In this document: piece after piece, positions 1-9,735 of the stretch | How the letters are laid out: the number at the start of each line of letters is the position of its first letter | Position numbering within the stretch: the first letter of the stretch is position 1 | NCBI GenBank assembly: GCA_000165345.1 | Contig: CM000433.1 | Span: 672,001-736,000, forward strand | DNA: 64,000 nucleotides | Reading direction: 5' to 3' | Notes under the pieces: generated by a model | Told to the model about the DNA's origin: nothing | Databases searched by the model: none | What the model saw: only the letters and a program-made list of their open reading frames with translations | Position numbers and translations under genes: made by a program

Positions 1-3000
1 ATGGTCAGTTTATTTGTACTTGTATGGGAATTTTGAGGGAGATGAAACAAGATTCAAAATTTCAGTCCAAAAATTTCCAAGTACTATTCTTATCATGTAA
101 TAAGGATAAAGCTGATTATTATGTTTCTAAGTTCGAGTCAATTTTTGGTGTGAATCAAATAGTTTCTGGTTTGAAAGGAAAGACTCCAGTCCAAATTGAA
201 CAAGAATTAAAATCCAAGAGTATAATAGTTTCAGATATTGAAACATGGGATAATCATGTTGGAAAAAAACTTACAAAGATACGTGATCTTGTTAAGAAAT
301 TAAAACTTTTGGTTATTGATGGTATTGAGTTTATTAATAGCAATAATTCAAATGGCTCTGTAATAGAATCAGCTATTTCCAGAATTAGATATATTATTAC
401 TCCTTTGAATTTGAAAATAAGAATATTTGCATATTCAAAGTGTATTTCTAATGCAAATGAGGTTTCTGAATGGCTGGGAATATCAAGGGAGAATGTATTT
501 TCTTTTGATCAAAATATATTCAATGAAACTATTAATAAGAAAGTTATTGCCTTTGATTCTTATTATCGTTCAAGCCGTTTTCAAATGATGTTAAAGTATC
601 TCAAAGATAATATCATTTTGCAGTTAATTAATCAACCTAAAGAAGAAAAGAAAACTTTAATAATATTTGTTTTGGATTATGAATTCTGTTTAAGCTTGGC
701 TAATGAGCTATCTTTATTTATTGTCTCAGAAAGTGATCAACAAGAAGAAGGTGTTACTGAATATAATTCTTTATTAAAATTCTCAATACACAATGGAATA
801 GGTTTTTTGTATAAAAATCAGTCATTTAAGGAAAAAGAGTATATTTTATCACAATTTAATGATGAAAAGATAAATATTATCATAGCTTGTGAAGATATGA
901 AGAATTCTATTACTCTCAAATTTGATTATGTTGTTGTAATGGATACAAAGAAAATTGATTATGATGATAATAAGGGTTCGCTCATTAATTCAAAAATACG
1001 TAAAACTATTGATTATTCACAATTTGATATACATCAAATGCTAAGTAGATGCAGAAATCAAATGGATCATTATTCCAACTTTATTTTATTGTGTTCTTCA
1101 AATAAACAAGAGTTTTATGAATATACAATTAATAATTCTTTGCCTTTAGAATCAAATATTGATTTTGGTATCATTGATTGCTTAAATACAGAAATTGCTT
1201 TGAAGACTATTAAAACAAAACAAGATACTATAGATTGGATTACTTGGACATTATTTTATAGAAGAATTTCAAAGGTAAGTTGTTTATTTAACTATTAAAG
1301 CGTATATAAATATATATTTATATATGAAGATTCTATATGTGACTATTATTAAAAAAGATATATTATTAATGGGAAAATTAATAATTTGGATTTATTTCAT
1401 TTATTTGATGATGACAATTTGTTTTAATAAATGACAATTTTATATGATTGTAATATTTTTTATATACATATTCGTACTGTCTGAGAGTTATATTCAATTT
1501 ATTAAATTTAAAATAAATCCAATAAAAATTAATAATATACCAACTGTTGTCATATTTTGACACAAATTATTAATAGTTGCATGATCTTGGCGCCAATTTG
1601 GTAATATATATTTATATACATTTAATTAATATAAAAACTTTTTTAATTCACATTTCTTTTTTTATAGAATCCAACTTATTATGGACTAACAGGAAATACA
1701 AGCGTTCATATTTCAGATTACTTATCTGAATATTTGGAGAGCCTTTTGGATTCATTATCTGAAGCAAAATGTATACAAGTTGATGGTAAAGAAAATGATG
1801 AAGATGGTGATAATGAAAAAGAGGAAGAAAATGAAGATGATAATGAAGGAGATGATACGGTGGTATCGCTAAATTTGAGCTTAATTTCAGCATTTTATAA
1901 TTTGAAAGTTTCTACTATTGAATTTATTAGTAAGAATTTGAGCGAAGATGATACCTATGATAGTCTAATTCAGTTAATTTCGATGGTTCCTCAATTACAA
2001 GAAGAATGTCTGATAAGAAAGGGGGATAACCAGATTTTAGATCAATTATGTAGGGATCTGAACTTAAATTTAATGTCAAATACTGAAAGTTCTAAGTCAT
2101 CATCATCTTCAAATTACCAACATAGAAGCTTAACTTCAAGAAAGATCCAAATACTTTTGAATTCATATATAAAACGTCACAAATTTATATTGAGCAGACC
2201 ATTGGTTAAAAATGATTTGATAGATATATTGCGATTTGTAATGGATTTATTATTTGCAATGGTTGATATATCAAGTTCAAATGGCTGGATTAATACTTGT
2301 TTAAGAATAATGGAACTTTCACAAATGTTAGTTCAAGCAATAAGTAACCCAGTAAATGATAAATTAATGCAACTTTCAATGTTAATGAATAAAGATCGAA
2401 TTCGAATATTTAAGGAAAGTGGCGTTACTGATATTTATGATTTAATTAATATGAACGATGATGATAGAGATGAATTATTAACAGAAAAACTTTCTTTAAG
2501 TGAAAAGGAAATATCTCAAATTGCTCAAGTTTGTAATGATTTCCCAATTATAGAAACTGAATATACTATTCTTGGCTGTAATGATTTGAATGAAAAAAAT
2601 AAAAGAAGAAGATTAGATTCAGATAATTCCACTAATACAAAAAATGGAGAAACTCAAAGATTATTTGAATGTAATCCTGAATCTGAACTAACTTTATCTA
2701 TTGATATATCAAGAGATTTTAGTTCTAATGAAGAAGAAGATAATGATTTGAAAAATCAAAATGATATTAAAGATCAAGAAATTTATCCATGTATCGTTAA
2801 GAATTTGAATTATTATCCTCTTGAAAAGGAAGAGAATTGGTGGGTTATCTTAATAAAAATTGCTGTTCCAAATTCATCAAAGGAAAATAAGGATGATGAA
2901 AATGAAGATGAAATTTTGTCTATAAGAAGAATACAACTTAATAAAATAAGTAATCAAGTATTGTTAAAGTTTAACTCAATTGAAGATTCTGGTATGATTA

Positions 3001-3086
3001 CAAACTATAAGTTACTGGTTATTTGTGATAGCTACATTGGATGTGACCAAGAATTTATGTTTTCTATCAAGACAGTAGAATCTTAA
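1..3086 (+). CDS. BRR2: Brr2/SNRNP200-type spliceosomal RNA helicase, C-terminal part (second cassette with Sec63 domain), 5'-partial. Two exons, 1..1274 and 1668..3086, joined across a GTAAGT...TTTATAG intron (1275..1667).
   Basis: The frame is open from base 1, so the gene continues upstream of the window. The translation aligns along its whole length with the C-terminus of Brr2. Matching stretches include DWITWTLFYRRISK followed, after the intron, by NPTYYGLTGNTSVHISDYLSEYLESLLDSLSEAKCIQV, then MELSQMLVQA, EENWWVIL and YIGCDQEFMFSIKTVES. The last of these matches the human end YMGCDQEYKFSVDVKEA. The donor GTAAGT at 1275 and the acceptor TTTATAG ending at 1667 restore the frame exactly. Confidence 0.8.
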
Positions 3087-3326
3087 TATATTTATAGCTT
3101 TCTTTATTATTATTTTTTTAATTATTATTTTACTAAAATTTAACTTCAAATATATATAAACATGTTAGTTTCAAATTTAAATTTTCAGCCTAAATAACTA
3201 TAAATAAATTCTCCATCTATACAAATATGAATATTTCGAATTACGTGTATTCAAATGCATATTTGCATGCATGCATATTTGGCTATTTTATGTGGATAAT
3301 TACACGTATGGCGGGAAATGCAAGAA

Positions 3327-5627
3327 TCATTTTCTACTTTTTTTGATAAATTTGAGAATATTTCCCATGCTTTGATCATCAGTGACATCATTTAAATCAT
3401 TAATATTATGGTTATTGGAGTTTCTTTTGTTCTTGTTTTTTTTTGAAATCTTGGTATTGTTTGAAACATTTTTATAAGATGATGATTCTTCTAGATTATC
3501 AAGAATATCAATTTTTTCGTCAATAATATTACTAAATAGTTTTCTTGTTTTATCAATTTTCTCATTAACATTATTCCAATCATCTTTTTTATTAAAGCTC
3601 TCAATCTTTAGACTTTTAAATATTTTAAAATTCTTGCTCATAAGTACATCCTTTCCACCTCCTTGTTCTTCATTAAGTAATTCTTCAACGATCATTTTTC
3701 TGAAAAGATTATCAGAAGCATAAAACATTGCAATAATAGCATAATTGCATATTCCTGATAGTACTAAATTTAAAAAGTTTCCAAAATAACTTTGAATCCA
3801 TCTTTTCTTAAGAGATTGAGGAATGTTACTAGTAGATGAAACTAATGTTTCAATCATCCTAATTCCAAAAGGAACTTCAAGAATATCTTTAAGCATTATA
3901 TTCTTGTGTTTGCTAATAAAATATGTAATACCAGAAGTTAAGGGATGAATTGTATCTGCTGGAAACTTTGATAAAGAGCTAATCATTAAACATCCTTGAG
4001 AAGTTATTTTCAACTTTTTCTCTGCAGATTCTGTCTCTGACTTAGAGCTATCATTTTCTTTCCCTTCTAATAATAACAATTCACTCTTCTTCTTTTGAAA
4101 TATTAAGCATGAAAATGTGTATTGATAATCTTCACTTGAATCTATTTCTATTGACTTCCATAATTTTTTAGTTAAATATTTGTATTCACTTTGTAATCTT
4201 CTACAATTATCTATTAGAGAAATTAATATATCTAAAAACTCTTTTTTACTTATCATCTTTGAGAAATCTAAACATTTCAATATTGGAATAAATTCCTCAC
4301 GTTTAATTCTATTACTCTTTAAAAGATTTAAAATTATATAATGTCCATATTCTGAATCTAATATATCATTTAAGAATAACTGATCATATTGTTCTTTAGA
4401 GATTGTATGTGAATTAATCCAAATAACTAAGAATTCATATGGAATCACTTCTAATAGTGCTTCTAATAATCTACTCTTTAAATTTGAATTCATCCAATTT
4501 CTAGTTGAATTTGAAAGTAATCTTGAAATCTTTTCAGAATCTACATCTCCATTTTCATATCCAATAATTATATCTTCATCAGTTTCTTGTCCATTTGTTA
4601 TAATAATTGTTAATATTGTATTAAATAATTTTACTAATTCAGCATTTTTTTGTGGATTTAATTCATTCAATGCTCTAATAAACAATATTAAAGATGGTAA
4701 TCCATAAGTATCTCCTATAATACCTTCAAAATCCTCTTTAAGAGATTTTAATAGTTGAGATGATAATGATGTATCATCCATATTTGAAGAAAATACTAAG
4801 TCTTTCAACTCTTTAATACTATTACATTCATATGTTTTATATTTGTTTTGACTCTTTCCACTATACTTTTGTTTATTAGCTTGATTCCTTTTTCCTACAT
4901 TTTCTAATATATAAGTCTCCATATTGTCAATACTCATAGTTACTTTCCCCATAGTAATATTAATAACAGTTCTTCCTACATGACTTGCTGTAGAATTAGT
5001 AAATATTGAAATCCAACCCAAAGTATCTCCCATTTTTCTTACAAATTCCAAAATCTCTTCTAGTATTAAACTTCTTTCTTCATGAAAAATCTTCTTCTGT
5101 TTTAGAAAACTTAACAGTATTGCAGAACTTTCTAATGCTGTCTCTGTTACATGAGATCCATACAAATCAAAAATACTTTGTTCTACATGTTTTAATATAC
5201 TTTTTTGAATAAATATATAATTGGATATACAATTCTTTAATCTTTGAAATGCTTCATTTTCCTCAATCATTTTACTTTTCTCATTCAATATATCAAAGTT
5301 TATTGAATCTATTAATCTCTTGATACTTAATATATTAATACTAAGCATTAATTCAAAAATCTTACTGCATCTTTGATCACTCATTAAAAAGACTTCAACA
5401 TCTTTCTTCCTCATATCCTCAATAATTCTATCAACTAGTACTTCACAGCCTTGTTCATCATTCAATAAATCACCTGTTAATATCATATCTTTGATTTTTT
5501 TATAGTAATTCAGAATTTCCATATAGTAATTCTCATCTTCTTGATTTACTTCAACATTATTAGTGGTTTCCTCTTTTTTATCTTTAGAAGTTTTTTCTTT
5601 ATTAGCTTTTTCTTTTCCCATTTTCAA
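3327..5627 (-). CDS. Hypothetical protein of 766 aa. The N-terminus is rich in K and E and the C-terminus is a basic tail, which suggests a nucleolar or HEAT/ARM-repeat-like protein; no family could be assigned by eye.
   Basis: The ORF is long and uninterrupted, with codon use typical of this window. A promoter-like E2F motif (AAAAGGCCCGCCTTTT) lies at 5869..5884, upstream of the start. Confidence 0.55.
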   Translation of the reverse strand: MKMGKEKANKEKTSKDKKEETTNNVEVNQEDENYYMEILNYYKKIKDMILTGDLLNDEQGCEVLVDRIIEDMRKKDVEVFLMSDQRCSKIFELMLSINILSIKRLIDSINFDILNEKSKMIEENEAFQRLKNCISNYIFIQKSILKHVEQSIFDLYGSHVTETALESSAILLSFLKQKKIFHEERSLILEEILEFVRKMGDTLGWISIFTNSTASHVGRTVINITMGKVTMSIDNMETYILENVGKRNQANKQKYSGKSQNKYKTYECNSIKELKDLVFSSNMDDTSLSSQLLKSLKEDFEGIIGDTYGLPSLILFIRALNELNPQKNAELVKLFNTILTIIITNGQETDEDIIIGYENGDVDSEKISRLLSNSTRNWMNSNLKSRLLEALLEVIPYEFLVIWINSHTISKEQYDQLFLNDILDSEYGHYIILNLLKSNRIKREEFIPILKCLDFSKMISKKEFLDILISLIDNCRRLQSEYKYLTKKLWKSIEIDSSEDYQYTFSCLIFQKKKSELLLLEGKENDSSKSETESAEKKLKITSQGCLMISSLSKFPADTIHPLTSGITYFISKHKNIMLKDILEVPFGIRMIETLVSSTSNIPQSLKKRWIQSYFGNFLNLVLSGICNYAIIAMFYASDNLFRKMIVEELLNEEQGGGKDVLMSKNFKIFKSLKIESFNKKDDWNNVNEKIDKTRKLFSNIIDEKIDILDNLEESSSYKNVSNNTKISKKNKNKRNSNNHNINDLNDVTDDQSMGNILKFIKKSRK

Positions 5628-5991
5628 TAATATTTCCTAATAATAAATATTAAATTCTTCAAATAAATTTTAAATTTTTTAAAGTTTAATATAAATAACG
5701 CTAATATTAAGTTGTTGATGATTTATCTATAATTTTATTGATACAATATATTTATTAGGGAAAAAAGCATTTAAGTAGATATACTCAATATTGAACTATC
5801 TCTTTATATCACTTTTAATTTTTTTTTTTAATCTTTTTTTGACATTATCATGAAAAAAAAAATAATTCAAAAGGCCCGCCTTTTAAATTTTATTATTGCT
5901 ATACCGGCATAAGGTACCGAATTAAAAAAAAAAAAAAATGGTAAAGATAAATTAAATAAATTTAAAAATGAAAAAAGAATTATAGAAAAAT

Positions 5992-6978
5992 TTAGTATTT
6001 TCTAAGACCACCCATAAAGTTTCGTGGATCTGGTATATTTCCATTAAATTCAGCATTTGAAAAATCGAATCCTGGATTCTGTTTTACATATATAATATAA
6101 ATATTTTAAATAATATTTATTAATTATTTATTTATTTATTTTGTTTAACTTACCTCTCTTTGGAATCTTTCTAACATCATTTGCTTTTTCATATTTTCCT
6201 GTAATAATTTTTCAATTTAATATGAATAGTTAAATCAATTATTAAGTAGAGAAGGGAAAGATAATTAACTCACAATATCAATGGAATTCAAAGAATTTTC
6301 ATTACTTGCAATTACTGAATTCCAAACAGATCCTTTTCTCATCTTTGATAGTTGTACAATGAGTTCATTGTTTTCTGAATAATTTGGGAAAAAATATGGA
6401 AAATAATAAGGTAATGACAATGGTTTAATATTAATTCAGTTATTTTATATTAAAAACAAAAATTAAAGAAAAGAAATCAAATAAACTTACCAATATACCA
6501 TAATGATTCTGAAGTATCAATTGTATCAAAGAGAGTATCCTAATAAATGTGAATTGAATTAATAGAAAAAAGTTAAAGTTAGGTATTAAAATCATGAAAA
6601 GATATCTTAATGATAATACTTTCTTTATTTTAAACTTTTCAACTTACATCAAAAATATCATAGTTGGTAGATTTATTCTGTATTTTCAGCTTATTACACA
6701 TTATCTTTACAGATAAATCTTCTTTATTCATTTTATTTTTACTATTTATATCTTTCCCTGAATTTAAATATACATTTTCTACTGTAAAATATAGAATAAC
6801 TTCGTCTAAATTTTGCTCCCAAGTATATTTTAATCTTCCTATTATAGAAAGAAAGTGGATAATACGATAAATTTAGGTTTTTGATTAATTTCAGTTTACA
6901 CGTAAAATTGCATGCCAAACATATATAAATTAGCAACTTACCAATATCATCAAAACATGGAGCCCGTATTGATTTCAT
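5992..6978 (-). CDS. NudC/CS-domain protein of about 169 aa in six exons: join(6978..6942, 6838..6648, 6539..6491, 6374..6274, 6198..6154, 6078..5992), minus strand.
   Basis: I spliced this by hand across five GTAAGT/GTGAGT donors (seen as ACTTAC or ACTCAC on the plus strand) and YAG acceptors, and the phases close correctly. The joined product is MKSIRAPCFDDI|GRLKYTWEQNLDEVILYFTVENVYLNSGKD...|DTLFDTIDTSESLWYI|ENNELIVQLSKMRKGSVWNSVIAS...|ENMKKQMMLERFQRE|NPGFDFSNAEFNGNIPDPRNFMGGLRKY*. It aligns with the human NUDC core: [46 protein letters not shown] and ILKKFMDQHPEMDFSKAKFN. A canonical E2F site lies just upstream. Confidence 0.7.
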
Positions 6979-7120
6979 AATTGTATAAAATATAAATCCT
7001 AATTATATACTTTTTTCCTGAATCTTGTTCACAATTTATTAACTATTTAAACTTTCAATAATAAATTAAGCAATGTGGCTGTGCAAATTAATTAAAAAAA
7101 ATAATTTTTTTGTGAGAATG

Positions 7121-7133
7121 TTTCCCGCCAAAA
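7121..7133. promoter_or_regulatory. Canonical E2F-type site TTTCCCGCCAAAA in the bidirectional promoter between the NudC-like gene (minus strand) and RTF1 (plus strand).
   Basis: The motif is an exact match and lies between divergent start codons at 6978 and 7213. Confidence 0.5.
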
Positions 7134-7212
7134 CTTCGGTCATTTACAAAATATATAAGAAAAAATAAATAAGAGAATAAAAAAATATCAACAAAGGAGA
7201 ATATTTGACAGA

Positions 7213-9333
7213 ATGGACGATAGTTCAAAGAAAGTGGACGATATTGAGGTCTTAGATTTATTAAGAAAATCAAGAAATAGAGTATTGAAAGATTCAGATG
7301 AAAAAAATATTGTTGATAATGAAATGGAAAATGAAGATATGGATATAGATGAAGACGAAGAGGAGGAAGAAGAAGAAGAGGAGGAAGAAGATGAAGAAGA
7401 AGAGGAAAAGTTAGAAATGACAAGCGATTCAGATTCTGCGCAAAGTGATGAAAGACCAGAATTTGAACGTGAAGCGGAATTAGCAAAAGAATACGAAGAC
7501 GAAGCTCAGGCTAAAAGAAAGTACGAGCTATTATACAAAAATAAGAGGAGTCCTTCAAATAAGCAGGATTCTGCATTAATGAAATTACGTAATGCAAGAC
7601 AGAGAAAAATTAAAGGAATGAGACTTACACCATCAGAAGATGAAGAAGACAGTGAAGAAGAAGAATATCAGGGTAAAGATTCCGACGAAAATGATAATAC
7701 AGATAGTGAAGACGATGATGGAGATTATTATGGAGAATATGATAGTAGACATCAAAAAACTGATAAAATTAGTAAATCCAAAAGAAAATTAAGACATTCT
7801 GAATCAGATTCTGAAGAATATGATGATGATAATAACAATTATGAACGATTAAAATCAAAAGGACAAAAAAGATCTAGAAGAAATTCCTCTAATATTCAAA
7901 AAAGTAACCTATTTGATGATGATAATCAAAATCAAGAAAGAATGTTAAGAAGATGTGAAAAAGTACTTGAATCAATTAATTTAAAGCTAATGAAGTCTGT
8001 ACATTTAACAAAAGATAGAATAGAGTTCATGTTAGAACATCCAAAGTTTACTGAATATTTATGTGGGAGCTACGTAAAAGTACCAATTATTAATCCATCC
8101 ACAAATAGTGAGATTTTCTTAACATGTGAAGTTTTTGATTCTCATATTAGTGATGAAAATCAATGTGTATTAACTTTACAGAGAGGAGGATCTAAGAAAG
8201 AGTGGGGAATTGAAAGTATTTCAAACAATATATTCACAAATGAAGATTTACTTGAATGGAAAGCAATGATTAAAGAATTCTATTCCAATGATCCTGATTA
8301 TATTTTATCATTACCAAGAATACTACAAAAAAAAGCCAGGGATTTAAATAATTTTCAATATGGAGATGACGATATTGCTCTTATTCTTGAAAGAAAACAA
8401 AAGAAAGCAAGTACCCAATCTTTATCAGGTAAAACCTTAATTGAAACAAGAACTAACTTACAAACGCAAATTAAACAATTAGAAGCTCAGCTTAAAAATA
8501 TTGGATTGGATAATATTGTTAGAAAATCTAAACTTGCTAAAATTGATCAATTACAACAAGAATTAGAGCAAACTATTAATCAAATTGAGAAACTTAAATT
8601 ACAAAAAGAAATGATCCATCCTGATAAATCTCTTAGAATCACATCTTCTAGATATATTGGAGGAGTACAAGGTAAAGGATCTGGTACTATGCCTACATTA
8701 TTTAATAAGTCAAACTTAAGTGAAAATAATATGAATAATGGAATCACTACAGCTTCTAAAACTAACAAAACTTGCAATTCTTTATATAAACTTATTTTTG
8801 ATCCAACATCTCCAAAAAATTATTCTAAAAATAACCTAGGTTCTGGCGCCATTTCCAATAATGACTATAATCATGCAAAATCTCAATTATTTTCATCAAA
8901 TTCTAATCAAAACACAGAAATTCATTTTGGGAGAAGAGAATGTAGACCTTCTGTTATGTGGGAAACAAAGAGAAATAAGCCGAATACAAGACAACCAATA
9001 AATAGTAAAATTGAATCTTCTGATATTCAAGAAATTTCATTAACACCATCTGACCAAAATAACAATAAACCATCTGATTATGTTATTATTCAAGACATTG
9101 AAACATCTAAAAATTTTTCCTTAGAAACAGAAGAAATTATTTCTGATTTTAAAGATTTCTTTTCAAAAATTGACTTGAATCTTATAGTATCAGCCAGAAA
9201 TAACTCTCCTGTTTGTGTTCCTCCTATATATGATAGTTTCTGGAATCCTTCAGAATTCAATGCTATATCAAAAAACAATAAAGATCTCAACTCCGAATTT
9301 CAAGAACTTGTTAAGTTAGTAACAAATCCTTAG
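7213..9333 (+). CDS. RTF1: Rtf1-like Paf1-complex protein with a Plus3 domain. The N-terminus is an acidic, low-complexity D/E/S-rich region.
   Basis: The segment MLEHPKFTEYLCGSYVKVPIINPSTNSEIFLTCEVFDSHISDENQCVLTLQRGGSKKEWGIESISNNIFTNEDLLEWKAMIKE matches the Rtf1 Plus3 domain pattern ([51 protein letters not shown]). It is a single 706-aa ORF. Confidence 0.7.
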   Translation: MDDSSKKVDDIEVLDLLRKSRNRVLKDSDEKNIVDNEMENEDMDIDEDEEEEEEEEEEEDEEEEEKLEMTSDSDSAQSDERPEFEREAELAKEYEDEAQAKRKYELLYKNKRSPSNKQDSALMKLRNARQRKIKGMRLTPSEDEEDSEEEEYQGKDSDENDNTDSEDDDGDYYGEYDSRHQKTDKISKSKRKLRHSESDSEEYDDDNNNYERLKSKGQKRSRRNSSNIQKSNLFDDDNQNQERMLRRCEKVLESINLKLMKSVHLTKDRIEFMLEHPKFTEYLCGSYVKVPIINPSTNSEIFLTCEVFDSHISDENQCVLTLQRGGSKKEWGIESISNNIFTNEDLLEWKAMIKEFYSNDPDYILSLPRILQKKARDLNNFQYGDDDIALILERKQKKASTQSLSGKTLIETRTNLQTQIKQLEAQLKNIGLDNIVRKSKLAKIDQLQQELEQTINQIEKLKLQKEMIHPDKSLRITSSRYIGGVQGKGSGTMPTLFNKSNLSENNMNNGITTASKTNKTCNSLYKLIFDPTSPKNYSKNNLGSGAISNNDYNHAKSQLFSSNSNQNTEIHFGRRECRPSVMWETKRNKPNTRQPINSKIESSDIQEISLTPSDQNNNKPSDYVIIQDIETSKNFSLETEEIISDFKDFFSKIDLNLIVSARNNSPVCVPPIYDSFWNPSEFNAISKNNKDLNSEFQELVKLVTNP

Positions 9334-9440
9334 ATATGTTCTTATTCATTAGAATTCTTATAATTATTTTTTTTAATTATTAATTTTATATAAAAACACG
9401 TCATCAATTTACTATTTATTGCTTATTATTACTTAATAAG

Positions 9441-9452
9441 TTTGGCGGGAAC
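9441..9452. promoter_or_regulatory. E2F-like site TTTGGCGGGAAC upstream of the 9736 gene.
   Basis: Motif seen in sequence. The same family of motifs recurs upstream of several genes in the window. Confidence 0.4.
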
Positions 9453-9735
9453 TTTTTAGATACCCCACAAATATTAGTACAATAAAGGAAAATATGAAAT
9501 AAAAAAAATTGGTTAAAATAGAAAATAAGAAGAGGAATTGTTATAGAGTTTTCATTATTTTACGAAAAACTCTGCTTCCAAGTCTTTAATATTAAAATTG
9601 ACAAACTAGTTATGTTTTTATAGTCAAGATAAGAGATATTCAAATGGGTAAGACCCCTATATCAAATAATTTGTTAAATAATAGAAATTGTGATAATCTC
9701 AATGAAATAAGAGGTTACCATAAATTATAGTAAAT

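Noticed and set aside
7088-7486. 132-aa minus-strand ORF overlapping the RTF1 start and its promoter.
   Set aside because: It is antisense to the acidic repeat region of RTF1. Its composition mirrors the complement of GAA and GAG repeats, and it would overlap the E2F promoter element.
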